From Scyliorhinus canicula (taxonomy: Eukaryota), in NCBI RefSeq assembly GCF_902713615.1, contig NC_052146.1:85267982-85331981 (forward strand): a stretch of DNA of 64,000 bases, given 5' to 3'. The notes under the pieces are model-generated. The model saw only the letters and a list, made by a program, of their open reading frames with translations. It had not been told where the DNA came from and made no database searches. This document shows, one piece after another, positions 1 to 12,359 of the stretch (its first letter is position 1; each line of letters starts with the position of its first letter). The position numbers and the translations under genes are program-made.

Positions 1-228
1 TCTGTGCAGAGTCTGCACGTTCTCCCCATGTCTGCGTGGGGTTCCTTTGGGTGCTCCGGTTTCTTCCCACAAGTCCCGAAAGACGTGCTTGTTAAGTGAA
101 TCGGACATTCTGAATTCTCCCTCGGTGTACCTGAACAGGTGCTGTAGTGTGGCAACTAGTGGATTTTCACAGTAACTTAATTGTAATGTTAATGTAAGCC
201 TACTTGTGACAATAAAGATTATTATTAT
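1..228 (+). mobile_element. V-SINE (HE1-like) with Rex1/Babar-like tail, cut at 5' by the window edge
   Basis: V-domain core (GAGTCTGCACGTTCTCCCC..GTGCTCCGGTTTC); tail TTTTCACAGTAACT..GTGACAATAAAG(ATT)n. Confidence 0.8.
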
Positions 229-1500
229 TTCGGTGCGTCGGTGCTGAAGGGAGTGGATGTTGAAGGTGGTTGATGGGAGGCCAATCAAATGGCTGATTTG
301 TCCTGCATTGTGTTGATTCCCTTGAGTGTCATTGGAGATGCACGCATCAAGGCAAGTGGAGAGTATTCCATCACACTTCATATTTGAGCCTTGTAGATGA
401 TGGACAAGCTGGGGGGTTCAGGAGGTGCATTATTCTCTGCAGAATTCCCAACCACTGACTGGGTCTTGTAGCCACAGTATTTATATGGGTAGTCCACTTA
501 GGTTTGTCGTCATTGGTAACCCCCAGGATGTCGATAATGGAGAATTCAATGATGGTGATGCCATTGCATGTGTAGGAGCTGAGATTAGATTCTCTCTTAT
601 TGGAGACGGTCATTGCTTGGCATGAATATTGCTGGCCAGTTATCAGGCCAAGGCTGAATGTTGTCCTGTACCATGCTGGATGTGAGGACAAGCTGTTTCA
701 TTATAGGGTACACTCTGCAGTCATCAGTGAACATCCCCACTTTTGACCTAATGATGGAAGGAAGGTCATTAATGAAGCAGCTGAAGATGGTTGGACCTGA
801 GGAACTCCAGGATGACCTGGAGCTGAGATGATTGACCTCTGACAAGCACAACCATCTTCCTTTGTGACAGGTATGATTCCAACCTGTGGAGAGTTTCTCC
901 CTGATCTTATGGACTCCAGTTTTGCGAGAGCTCCTTGATACCACACTTGGTCAAATAATAATAATCTTTTTATTGTCAGAAGTAGGCTTACATTAACACT
1001 GCAATGAAGTTACTCGTCACCACATTCCGGCACCTGTTCGGATGTTTGGAGGGAGAATTCAGAATTCTCAGCTGGTGCGGGAATTGAACCCGTGCAGCTG
1101 GCCTTGTTCTGCATCACAAACCAGCTGTCTAGCCCACTGAGCTAAACCAGCTTATGCTGCCTTGATGGCAAGGGCAGTCAGTCTCATCTCACGTCTGGAG
1201 TTTAGCTCTTTTTCTTCTGTTTGGAGCAAGGTTGAAATGATGTCAGGAGCTGAATGACCCTGGTAGAACCCAAATTGCGAGCCAGTGAGCAGGTTACTGC
1301 TGAGTAAGTACTAGTTGATAGCACAGTCGACAAATTCCTTCACTTTGCTGACGATAGAGAGCAGACTGAGGGACAGCAATGGCTGGGTTGAATTTCTCCT
1401 GCATTATTTTGAACAGAACAAATCTGGGCAATATTCCATATTGCCGGGTAAATACCAGTGTTGTAGCTGCACTAGAAAAGCTTGGACCGGCATGGCTAGT
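229..1500 (-). mobile_element. Old degenerate CR1-clade LINE RT fragment, interrupted by a SINE at 955-1152
   Basis: Minus-strand peptides SGPTIFSCFINDLPSIIRSKVGMFTDDC and IYKAQI*SVMEYSP; many stops and frameshifts. Confidence 0.75.
955..1152 (-). mobile_element. tRNA-derived SINE (second head type) with Rex1-like tail
   Basis: Minus-strand head GCTGGTTTAGCTCAGTGGGCTAGACAGCTGG..GGTTCAATTCC (A/B boxes); tail ..AAGCCTACTTCTGACAATAAA(ATT)n. Related copies at 9769-9947 (+) and 62427-62598 (+). Confidence 0.75.
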
Positions 1501-2255
1501 TCACAAATGATTCGAAAGATAGGCAGAAAATATGCTTTTCAATGAGACAGGAATCCAATAAAAGTGTTGAAAACAATGAATGATTTCAACTGCGAACTGA
1601 GTGAATGATCATTTCCACTATTTGATGAAATGGTAACAAGAACAGAAACTCAGAATTTTCATTAGAATTATGAAGCGGAATTTATTTTGCATAGTAATTG
1701 GAGCATGTTTTGCTTTTTTGCAAGTGCCCTTCAAAGCAGGCTGCTGCAAAGCTTGAGGGGAAACTAGATAAAACACAAGATATAAAAGAATGTGGGAAAA
1801 GTCAGGGAAATGTAGCTGGAGTAGATATCTCCTGCCCAGACCTCGCAACCATCAGACATAATGAGCTGCATAACTTTGTTTTGTGCTGCAATTCTCCCGA
1901 TTGTATAAACCCTGCCATTCATTTTGGCTAATGTACTGAACTCTTCCATCGATACATCTGTCCAAGATCCTGACCCTGTAGAAATAAGATTCTCTGACAC
2001 AGATTCTCTTTTCCAAACACATCTTGCATTTCACCACAGTGCCAATGGCGAGGCTTCTCTTGGCAGATAATGACAGAGCTTTTAAAACCACTGCAGTGAC
2101 CCAGATAGACAAGGAAAGTACACAGCCTGACCTCCACTGAGTGCTGAGCTGGTTGACCTCAGCCAGATGAGAGTATTAGACAGAGAGAAAGGGGAACAGT
2201 GGGGAGGAGGGAGGGAAAACAATTATAGAGGGTGCGATCTAATGGAAAAGTTTAT

Positions 2256-2426
2256 GGGCGGGATTTACCGGCTGTTCACGCTGGTGGGAATTTCCGGTCC
2301 CACGCCGGCGCAAGGGTTTCCCGGCAACAAGCGATCCCGTTGACAACGGCGAGACTGGTGGATCCCGCTGGGGGCCGTCTCTGCCACTGAAACATCCGGC
2401 AGCGGGGTGGTCGGTAAATCCTGCCC
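2256..2426. mobile_element. Short MITE (Harbinger-type termini)
   Basis: Terminal inverted repeats GGGCGGGATTTACCG / CGGTAAATCCTGCCC. Confidence 0.75.
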
Positions 2427-2454
2427 TCTAAGTGTCATTTGTGGTGATTTTCTT

Positions 2455-2672
2455 CATAAATTTAGAGTACCCAATTCTATTTTTCCAATTAATGGGCAAT
2501 TCAGCATGGCCAATCTATCTACCCTGCATATCTTTGGATTGTGGTGGTGAGACCCTCACAGATACGGGGAGAATGGGCAAACTCCACACGGACAGTGGCC
2601 CAGAGCCGGGATCGAACCCGGATCCTCAGCACGATGAGGCAGCAGTGCTAACCACTGTGTCACCGTGCTGCC
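2455..2672 (-). mobile_element. Short A-tailed V-SINE
   Basis: Reverse complement of GGGCAGCACGGTG..GTGTGGAGTTTGC..GGGTACTCTAAATTTA. Confidence 0.85.
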
Positions 2673-2986
2673 CCAGTGGTGGATTTTGCTGGAAGTTTCA
2701 CCCAGGTTCCGTCAGCGAGTTCCCCATAACTATCTAGCCACAGTTAGGTCGCAATCTAACCAAATTCGTTCCAAGTGTGGTAGCAAGCAGGAAATGCCAG
2801 AGGTTTCCCAACAGCCAACCGTATCTAACGTTAATTAGGCCACTTAATGGAGTCCCACGGGCTTCATGCCGCAAATAATTGTCCCACTGGCTGATTCGCC
2901 AGGACCACACTCAGCAGCTCCCCGCTAACGAGGAAGAGCAGCACTTAAATCGGTCCCGCAGAGCAAACCCTGGACATCACACAGCC

Positions 2987-3158
2987 ATGCCACCATGTAG
3001 ACCAGCTCCGTGATTCAGAAATGCCAACCTGGCCAGACTGATGGATGCGGTGGAGTCAAGACAGGACACCCTATTCCCCTGAGGGGGCTGGAGGGTCAGC
3101 AACAGGGCAGCCTGTGCTGCCTGGGAACGCAGTGGCAGGGGCTGTTAACTCGGCGAGT
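2987..3158 (+). pseudogene. Harbinger Myb/SANT-like DNA-binding protein, N-terminal part
   Basis: MPPCRPAP*FRNANLARLMDAVESRQDTLFP*GGWRVSNRAACAAWE/AVAGAVNSAS fits the Myb_DNA-bind_5 pattern (P-R-F...L...V....LF...AW..VA.AVN); two TGA stops likely from CGA decay. Confidence 0.75.
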
Positions 3159-3798
3159 CAACCTCCTGCAACACATTCTGTCCATCATCTGTTCGAAGGA
3201 CCAGCGACGCCTGTAAACCTTGGGAGGGTGGGGAGTGAAGGGCAAAGGCTATTGCTAATAGGGAATTGGCAATCATAGTTAAGTGAGCACTTCACAGTTC
3301 CCGAGTAGATTCCTGTGGCGTGCCATTTGGCATGTGGGAGTTATTGCCTCGCATCCCAATCGAGCCGTGATGCCTGGACAATGTGACTGAACACTGCAGG
3401 AAGCAACATCGTGGAAGTAGCAGACAACATCTGAAAAGCCACCATGGGCTGAGTCCCCTCATGGGAACATTTCCGTGACTAAAGGGTGGGTGTGTACACT
3501 GGGGTGTACACCAGGTAATGTTAAGTGTGGATGTCTGGGGTACAGGGTCAGGAGCCTCCTCTGCGGCCGGGCGCGTGTGGACTGAGCGTGGGGATCACAT
3601 CATCCCAGGGTAACGGGACTGTGTCGGCACTGTCAACGGGTCACTGTCGATGGCAGGGGGATTGATGATAACGTATAGAGAGCTGAGCGCTGGTGCTCCT
3701 CAATCTATGTCACAGTCTGACTCCTGTGTGTCTGCTGAGTGCTCACTCACAACTATCACCTGCACACGGTGTGCCAGTGTGTTGTGGAGGCGGGCGGG

Positions 3799-3833
<35 letters not shown>

Positions 3834-3859
3834 GATTGGTGGTCAGACAGGGTTGCTGG

Positions 3860-4067
3860 GGGGCAGCACGGTGGCCTAGTGGTTAGCACAACCGCCTCAC
3901 GGCGCTGAGGTCCCAGGTTCGATCCCGGCTCTGGGTCACTGTCCGTGTGGAGTTTGCACGTTCTCCCCGTGTCTGCGTGGGTTTCGCCCCCACAACCCAA
4001 AAATGTGCAGAGTAGGTGGATTGGCCACGCTAAATTGCCCCTTAATTGGAAAAAATAATTGGCTAAT

Positions 4068-4131
<64 letters not shown>
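3860..4131 (+). mobile_element. Young short V-SINE with ~55-nt poly(A) and 14-bp TSD
   Basis: Intact A/B boxes; pure poly(A); AGACAGGGTTGCTG repeated on both flanks. Confidence 0.92.
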
Positions 4132-4133
<2 letters not shown>

Positions 4134-4149
4134 CAGGGTTGCTGAAGAA

Positions 4150-5518
4150 AATGCCAGAGACGTTGTATTTCTCAGGTGCAATGCTTTTTAATGCCGAACA
4201 TATGTGTCCCCAACTGCCCCTAGCCCCCAATGGTGCTGTTCCCAAATGTCTGCAGCACAGTGTCAACGCCCTTGCCGATGCTCCTCAGTGACTGGGACAT
4301 GCTCTGGAGTGCCTCATACACGTCTAGCTAGGGATGGGTCCTTCAGCGAGTCGGCCATGCCGCTGAGGCACTCAGCCATGGCCATCACTGGCTGAGCCAC
4401 GCCTTGGACATCTCCAGTCATGGTGCTGACATTGTGCACCAGGCTTTCCACTGTGGTTGCCACCCTAGCAGTGTTGGCCCCGGTGTCATGCATTTTCAGC
4501 ACTATCTCCTGCGCCCATAGAGTCTAGAACTCCTCCAAACAACTATAGACCTGCTGGGGTGTCGCTGACAACTCCTCAGAATATCACGGCCGCACCCTAA
4601 AGACTGCATCAGTTCTGGGTAAACCTGGTCCAGAGGCTCAGCATCAGGTGAGCCCCAGTTGGGTTCAGGGATCCAGCAGACTGCCGACTGCTGTCTCGCC
4701 TGGGCGTTCCTGCCTCTACCTGATGTGCATCAACAACTGTGTGGTGCTCACCAGAATGTGCCCCAGAGGCCTGTCCATTACTGTCGACCCTGAGAAGTGT
4801 GTCTCTGCACTGGTGGAGGGTGGGGATGACAGCTGTGCCGCATCAATGGTGGTCTCCTCGGAGCTCCCTTTGAGATGTTCTCATTGTACGCATGGGCAGG
4901 GACCACCCAGATGGGTTGGCACTGTCAGACGGAGATCCTGTGCGATAATGGACATGTGGTCAGTGGGAGGGATGGTTCATTCTGTACGTCATTAACAACT
5001 CATGTGTGACAGGTCATCCTCATGGGGGCCAATAGATCCTCACCCCTGCGGCGTACGCCAACATCTACATTGGCAACTGATCTGTCCTCAGTCACCCCCG
5101 CAACCTCAAGAGCCAATGTCTCATAGAGAGTGCGGACTCTGGTCCGGAATCCTGCCGCCCGTCTGGGCCCTCTCAAGTCTGTAGTGGGCCAACTTCAACT
5201 GGGGGACATATAGGGGGCATCGTGAGCCACAAGCTTCATTCATCGCGGGTGATGGGGGAGTGCGAAGGGATGGGGGAGATGGAGGATGGGGGATTATGGG
5301 GGTTTGGGGGAGATGGGGTGGCACTGCTGGACATGGGTGGGCTGGCGTACATTATGGTGCTGGGCAGAGGCGGGGCCAGCACATGGTCATCGGGGGGGGG
5401 GGGGGGGGTTGCTGGTGGGGTGGTGCCAGATGACTGTGCCAACCCACCCCCACCCTTGGGGCCTGGAGATCGTTCGTTGATCTTATGGCACTGGGTGTCA
5501 GTCCTCCTGGTGACAGTG
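4150..5518 (-). pseudogene. Harbinger Myb/SANT-like gene, remaining exons
   Basis: TVTRRTDTQCHKIN (end of Myb domain); acceptor TGTCCCCCAG|LKLAHYRLERAQTGGRIPD; donor GG|GTGAGG (~5043); acceptor ATCGCACAG (~4938); heptad-like VESLVHNVSTMTGDVQGVAQPVMAMAECLSGMADSL. Confidence 0.7.
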
Positions 5519-6534
5519 TCTTACTCCAATTGAATGAAGCCTAAGACCACACCTGCAGGACCAGTTAATTCGGCAGGTCTCCCCCGAAGGAGGTGACGCG
5601 GGACACTGTCTGGCTGTTCAGCCGGAGGTTGAGACCCCCATGAACTCCATTCAATTCTGCTCAGTGTTTTGAGTAATTGATCTGTCATCAGGACTGGATT
5701 TGCCTAAATTTATACTCTGGGCTCCTGTTGGAAGATGCTTATTGAAGCACGATCTGTATAATCGACCTTATTGTGTCTGTGACTTAAAAACAGTTTAACA
5801 GGGTCCTTGTCTGAGGTGACAACTGAGCTAAGCTGTGTCAAACACCAGTCCCGTGGCAAAGTCGACGGACCTTTCACTGGTTTGTCAAATTTTCCAACTC
5901 CCGCACCCCCCCCCCCCCCCCCCCCCCCCAACCCCCAGACCCCCCAACACAACTGACTATTCCCACCACAGGTGGGTTTAGAAAATCCTGGTTTACTTCT
6001 CTGATGACTCATCCCCAATCTGAGGTGGGAGTGGTTGAACCAACATGCTCAAGAGCAGAGAGGAAACACATTCTTTACATTTGAGTAACCCAGGAAAAGG
6101 GCTGCAACTGAAATTATAGCAGAGGTGCAAATAATAAATTCATCACAGCAAACAGACCGTAAAGTAGGAAAGGAAGGTAAAGCTGGAGCTTACAATACAT
6201 TTTATACTGTATTATGCCTTCTTTCAGCTTCCCAGTATAAGCATGGTGCTTGCTCATTTGTGACAGTCTGTGAGATGGATGTTTGAATACGAGGTCACAG
6301 GATTTGAATACCACAGGCCAGTACTCAATTATTATTAAAACAGGATGACTACTTCAGGTTGACCAGGTAAAAGAGTTCACTAGTTATGAGAATGGAGTTT
6401 TAATATTTCAGAGAGATTTCTGCTGAGTGCACTGCACTGCATTGACTAAAGTACTGAAGCCTGCTTTGTGGAATCATCGTCACCCAACACTTAATCTGAG
6501 GTTGTCATGTAGTGTTTATTTCTGCAGTCAACAA

Positions 6535-9080
6535 TTTTTTTTATAAATGATTTTTATTGGGTTTTTGAACAAAGTATATTTACAGTTATGTACACAGAAT
6601 AATATATATATATATATAGAAGAGAAAAAACAATTTAAAAAAGACTGATATGATATTGTGCACTAGCTCAACAACAGCAACTCTGTACAGTTAGCAATAT
6701 TATTTTTAACAAATAAGTAGGCACCTATTTGGGGGGGGGGGGGGGGGGCGGGGACTGGGGAGGTACATATACATTTGGGTGTCGGAGAAACAATTACAGT
6801 AGTTATGTCCAATACAGAGAGGGCAATACGAGAATGGATCCGGTGTTGGTATTGTTACTTGCTTCTCCCGGACGGTTTTCACTGCCGTTGTCATCGCGCG
6901 TACACCTCCGCTTTGGCCGTTCGTCCCGTCTTTCGCTCGCATTTTCCTTGCCCTCTGCTTTTGCCAAGTTTTTTGTTGTTTCCCGTGCTCTCCTTCCGGC
7001 TATCATTCCCTTGCCCCCCCCCCCCCCCCCCCCCACCTCTCTGGTTCCCCTCTATTGTTCCCTGTCTCCTTCCTCTTCCCTTTTCTCCACCCCTCCCCCC
7101 TTCTGCCCCCCTTCCCCCCTACCCTTCTCCTTTGGTTCATCTTTCTTTTCTCTTAGGTTTAGCTGTTCCCCCCGGTCTATCCCTCCCTCTCACGCCTTGG
7201 CTACTTTCCCCTGATTCTTGGCTACCTGGCTATTCTTCTGCTTGTTCATTGGCCACAAACAGGTCCCGGAACAACTGGGTGAATGGCTCCCATGTTCTGA
7301 GGAAGCCGTCGTCCGACCCTCGGATGGCAATTTTCTCCATTTGGAGAGATTCTGAGAGGTCGGACAGCCAGTCTGCAGCTTTGGGTGGTGCTGCTGACCG
7401 CCAGCCAAACAGGATTCTACGGCGGGCGATCAGGGAGGCAAAAGAAAGGGCGTCCACCCTCCTCCCCAGGAATAGATCTGGCTGGTCTGATACCCCGAAG
7501 ACCGCCACTTTCGGGCATGGCTTCACCCTCACCCCCACCACTTTGGACATGGCCTCAAAGAAGGCTGTCCAGTACTCCACAAGTCTGGTGCAAGACCAGA
7601 ACATGTGGGCGTGGTTGGCCGGGCCTCCTTGGCACAATTCACGTCTATCCTCCACCTCTGGGAAGAATCTACTCATTCTAGTTTTTGTTAAGTGGGCTCT
7701 ATGGTGGGGGTATCTTAGTGTAGAGTAGGGGGTTGGAAAAGGTGTGAGAGAGGAAGATGGCTTTTGCACTATGTTTATATTTGTATGTACACGGTTTCTT
7801 CTGTTACTGTTATAAAACTATAAATACCTCAGTAAAATGTTTATTAAAAAAACGTGGGCTCTATGTACCACTTTTAGTTGCATCAGGTTGAGCCTTGCGT
7901 ACGTGGAGGTGGAGTTGACCCTATGCAGTGCTTCGCTCCAGAGTCCCCACCCTATTCCAATCCCCAGGTCTTCCTCCGATTTCTTTCTTGTTGCGTCCAG
8001 TACGGTGTCCGCCTTTCTACCAGTCGATCATACATGTCGCTACAGTTCCCTTTCTCTAGGATGCTTGCGTCCAGTAACTCTTCCAGTAATGTTTGTCGTG
8101 GCGGTTGTGGGTATATCCTTGTCTCCTTTCGTACAAAGCTTTTGAGTTGCAGGTACCTTAGCTTGTTCCCCCTGGCGAGCTGGAATTTCTCCGTCAGCTC
8201 GTCCAGTGTTGCGATCCTGCCGTCCGTATACAGGTCCCTTACTGTCAGTCCCTCCGTCCTGTTCCCACTTTTTGAAGGTGGGGTCAGTCAGCGCTGGTGT
8301 GAACCTATGATTGTTACAGATGGGAGCTATGTCCAAAATTTTGGTCAGGCCAAATTGCTGCCGTAGTTGATTCTGGGATTGGAGGGTGGCTATCACCACC
8401 GAGCTGCTGGAGTGTTTTTTGGGTGGGGATGGGAGTGTTGCCGTGGCGAGGACCCGGTGGGAGGTCCCCTTGCAGGAGGCCTCCTCCGCGCGCACCCACT
8501 CAGCTTCTGGCTCATTGATCCATCCCCTTATTCACTTGGTTGTCGCCGCCCAGAGGTAGAATTGTAGGTTTGGGGAGGGCTAGCTAGGTTTGGGGAGGGC
8601 TAGCCCCCCCCCCCCCCCCCTCCCCCCCCCCCCGGTCTTTGTTCTTTGTAAGATCTACTTTGGGATCTGAGCATCCCCCCCCCATATGAATGCCATGATT
8701 AGTTTGTCTAGTGCTTTGGAAAAGGCCTTGGGGATGTAGATCGGGATGGATCTAAGTAGGAAGAGGTACCTGGGCAGTACGTTCATTTTGATCGTCTGGA
8801 CTCTCCCCGCGAGGGAGAGTGGGAGCGTGTTCCATCTTTGCAGGTCCTTTTTTACTTCCTCTGTTCCTCTGTCAGACTGATGAGATTTCATTTGTGGATC
8901 CCTTTCCAGTCGTGGGCTATTTGAACACCCAGGTAGCGGAATTTGTGTCGGGCTTGTTTAAATGGCAGTCCCGTTAGTGCTGCCCCCCTACCTGTGGGTG
9001 TACCGGGAAGATCTCGCTATTGCTCATGTTGAGTTTGCTCGAGAAGGCGGCAAACTCTTTCAGGAGCATGATGATATTTC
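6535..9080 (-). mobile_element. 5'-truncated L1/Tx1-type LINE (ORF2 C-terminal region, long 3' UTR, poly(A))
   Basis: WNTLPLSLAGRVQTIKMNVLPRYLFL, LMQLKVVHRA and CQGGPANHAHMFWSC (C-terminal Cys/His region); 3' end AATAAAAATCATTTATAAAAAAAAA; internal deletions and frameshifts. Confidence 0.88.
7704..7852 (+). mobile_element. Short A-tailed retroposed fragment (probably another L1-type 3' end) inserted antisense into the L1
   Basis: Ends TGTTTATTAAAAAAA; flanked by 12-bp TSD GTGGGCTCTATG (7692-7703, 7854-7865). Confidence 0.75.
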
Positions 9081-9768
9081 TGCAGTAAACATAGCTTTTT
9101 GGTGAGATTTAACCAAAACATTTCTATGTCCGGTTTCGGGCGCGTTTAGCGGTGTGTTTCTGAGCACTGTTACTTTGCCATAGGCCTGTCCAGACCGCAC
9201 TTACACCATTTCCTGCACTAGTGAGCTCAGCTATTCGTGATCAGGGCAGACCTTTCGACTGCAGCCTCCATACCCACCCCCTCCTCCACTTCAACAAACA
9301 TATCTCTTCCGGGGTCCTCGAGATCCCCTCACCTCACCTCTTCTGCACAAGGCACTCCCAGGCCCAACTCCTGGCATGGGCAACCTGGTACCCGGGCACC
9401 TTGGCAGTGCCAACCGTGCACCCTGGATGCAGGTCGGGGAAGGAGACCCTTCGGGGAGTGGAGGGTAGAGTTGTAAAATAAATAAATCTGTGTTTGTTTA
9501 TATCCAACCATTCGTTCCCCTGTACACACTCAGTCAAGTTGCTGGCAGGGCAGCAGTTTTGTTACTGTGAATGATGGATTTCAGGTTTGGACATTAGCTT
9601 TAACTTTAAAGGTCCAAACACTCTTCATTGGCAGATATACAAATGTTGTTATTGCAGATTCAGTTATCAGCTTCAAAACTAGTAAAAACATTTAAAACAC
9701 TAAAACAAAAGCAAAATATTACAGATGTTGTCCATCTGAAAAACAGAGAAAGCTGTCAACGGAGGTTA

Positions 9769-9947
9769 GGGGCTGGTTTAGCTCACTGGGCTAAATCGCT
9801 GGCTTTTAAAGCAGACCAAGCAGGCCAGCAGCACGGTTCGATTCCCGTACCAGCCTCCCCGGACAGGCGCCGGAATGTGGCAGCTAGGGGCTTTTCACAG
9901 TAACTTCATTGAAGCCTACTCGTGACAATAAGCGGTTTTCATTTCAT
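9769..9947 (+). mobile_element. tRNA-derived SINE (second head type) with Rex1-like tail
   Basis: GGGGCTGGTTTAGCTCACTGG..GGTTCGATTCCC; tail TTTTCACAGTAACTTCATTGAAGCCTACTCGTGACAATAAG..(TTTCA)n. Confidence 0.8.
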
Positions 9948-10200
9948 CTCGTGTTAGTGTTCTGTCATTTGCAATTATCTTAATTCCTAACGAGTAATAT
10001 AGTTAACTCCCACCAATTGTTCGCATTCAAATCCAGTCACAAGGCTGCATTTCAACAGACTCGGAATCTTCCAATGCAAAAAGTGTGCAGCATAAAGTAC
10101 CACTTAGTGTACACATTGCATCTCACCAATCACTGCAATGTATAGGAGCTGAAAATATAACGGGCTTTATTCTCCACTCCTGAGGCTAAGTGTTGACAGT

Positions 10201-11225
10201 GGGGCAGGATTCGTGGACTTCCACGACAGCAAGACTGGCGCCGAATCTGGACCGATTCAGCGACTGCGGAGGGGCTAGCACCGCCGCCACGTGGAACACA
10301 ATCAATTCCAACGACAATTGGTGTGGGATTTGCCGGGTCTGTGATTGATACTCGGGAGGCTGGAAAGCTGCAGCTGCACATACACATTACACTCCCTACA
10401 CGCTCCATCCCAGTCAACAAGATGGCACTGGTTGCGCTGGAGCGCGCTCATACGGCTGATGGGTCGGTTGGGTCCAGAGGGCACTCAGTGGGGTGGCCTG
10501 GGGAGACACCTATACGACCCGTAGCACTAAGTTGACAGTGGGCTGTCAACAACCTGTGCAGCTGCAGGGCTGCCTTTCTAACTGCGGCAATGGTGTTCCG
10601 TGCCCATCCACCACGACCCCACAGCCCGCCCCACTACTCCCCCCGACCCTGGTGGAAACCCCCCCCCACCCCGGCCAGCGGCACAACTGTCAGCAAACTA
10701 TGGCGATGTTGGACACTTTCTGTACTCCCTCTCGCTCCCTCAACAGCCACAACGCCGGTTTCACGATTTTTAAAAGCATAAGTGAACCCTGCCATCGGGA
10801 ACTCAGCACATAATAATAATAATCTTCAATTCGGTTTTTTCCAATTAAGAGGTAATTTAGCATGGCCAATCCGCTTAGCCCCCCAATCTTTGGCTGTGGG
10901 GGTGAAACCCACACAAGCACAGGAAGCATGTGCAAACCCCACACGGACAGTGACCTAGAGCCGGGATTGAACCTGGGACCTCAGCGCTGTGAGGCAGCAG
11001 GTCTCACCCACTGCACCACCGTGCTGCCTTATAATTAACATTGCAATATCAGAGGCAGTGCACCGGAGAATATCAGGTCAGGCCCGCTAATGTTATGCAA
11101 ACGGTATTTACTGTAGGTGCGTTCCGGACCACATCGATGTCGCTGTCAAGATGTCGGAGAATTGTGATTTGGTGACAAATTGGTGGCTGCCACGATTTTG
11201 GAGTCGGAACCGATTCTCTGCCCAA
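10201..11225. mobile_element. Degenerate GC-rich MITE / non-autonomous Harbinger-like element with nested V-SINE (10810-11030, -)
   Basis: Starts GGGGCAGGATTC; CpG-rich interior resembles the other MITEs; right boundary uncertain. Confidence 0.55.
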
Positions 11226-12259
11226 TTGCGTTTCCCAATTTCGGGGTCAGGCAACATGTTCTAAACCAAGAAGTCCAATGAAGAGTTATATGTCCATCTC
11301 ATGGAATGATAGTGTTATAACCCCCGCAAGACCCAGGGGGTTGACCGGATTAATCTCCACATGAGCCTTGTGGAGTAAGAGCTCCCCTGCTGAGGGGTGC
11401 AGGGGAAGGCTGGGGATAATTACCAGGCGGCAATGCTTTTGACTGTCTGTGGGGCACCCATCTTCAGCATCATAAAGAGGTTGATGTACCCCATCGCCCC
11501 GGACTGCAAGACATCCGAAGAATTAGTTGCACTCATGGCAATCCATTAAAATTTCAAGCTGTCAGAGGTACTGATTCAATAAGGCCAAGAGGACCCCATG
11601 GTAGTCCATTACCGAGTTTTTGGCGTGATTGTCCAAATTGGCAGTTTTGCGACTATGCGCATCCCTACCAAGTTGCTATGGGGCCGTCTTGTGTGTGGAA
11701 TTTTTTTAAATTAAGGGCAATTTAGCGTGGCCAATCCACCTGCCCTGCACATCTTTGGTTGTGGGGGTGAAACCCACATAGACACGGGAAGAATGTGCAA
11801 ACTCCACAAGCACAGTGACCCGGGGTGGGATCAAACCCAAGCTCTCTATGCTGTTAAACAGCAGTGCTAACCACTGCGCCACCGTGCCGTACTTGATATA
11901 AATAACATGGTGACCCGGGGAAGTTGCTGTTTGAGTTGTTACTGGACCTAAATAAGGTCGATGCGATCTCCCTCTCACAGGAGAGTACAGACAAAGTATT
12001 CCAGGAAATCCAGGAAATGCTGTTTACCGGGATATAGGTAAACAGCATAGGATGCCCCCATTCTGGCACAGAATGCCCCCTAGGGCTGGGAACCCGAGAC
12101 TCCACTCAGCCCGAACACCGCCGGGAACAGACCCATTAGTCAAGTGTCGCTGCAGCCAGGCGGGACACACCCCTGGAGTTGATCAAAGGCATTCCAAGGC
12201 GAGGCGGCACATGTGGCCAGCAGAATTGCCGGGATAAGAAACAGCAGGCCAGCCAGCAA

Positions 12260-12359
12260 TGTTATACATTTAACTGCTGTTGTATAAAGGTTCTGCTCCT
12301 TTTCCACAAACACGTTTATTTCACTTTAACAGACTCTGCACAAAACTCTAACATCACAT
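12260..12359 (-). repeat. 3' LTR remnant of the Copia element
   Basis: Aligns to 15655-15762 of the 5' LTR, then joins directly to RT coding sequence. Confidence 0.85.

Larger units (their letters stand above)
2747..5640. mobile_element. PIF/Harbinger DNA transposon remnant (Myb/SANT gene plus a transposase N-terminal scrap), internally rearranged
   Basis: Starts TTA|GGTCGCAATCTAACC, resembling the MITE termini. Myb/SANT pieces at 2987-3158 (+) and 5518-4150 (-); transposase-like PKVYRRRWSFEQMMDRMCCRR at 3222-3161 (-). Right end uncertain. Confidence 0.65.

Noticed and set aside
1852-1976. Possible minus-strand exon after a good acceptor (TCTTATTTCTACAG), e.g. VRILDRCIDGRVQYISQNEWQGLY..
   Set aside because: No recognisable protein in any frame and no partner exons identified.
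3801-3832. Long G/C homopolymers (also ~5906, 6731, 7014, 8604, 32118, 44557)
   Set aside because: Mostly expanded runs within or beside repeats; lengths are unreliable in assemblies and there is no evidence of function.
3860-3935. tRNA-like sequences with A/B boxes (dozens of copies)
   Set aside because: These are SINE heads continuing into the V domain, not tRNA genes.
6729-7728. 161- and 317-aa plus-strand Pro/Leu/Ser-rich ORFs
   Set aside because: Antisense of the purine-rich L1 3' UTR and ORF2; compositional artefact.
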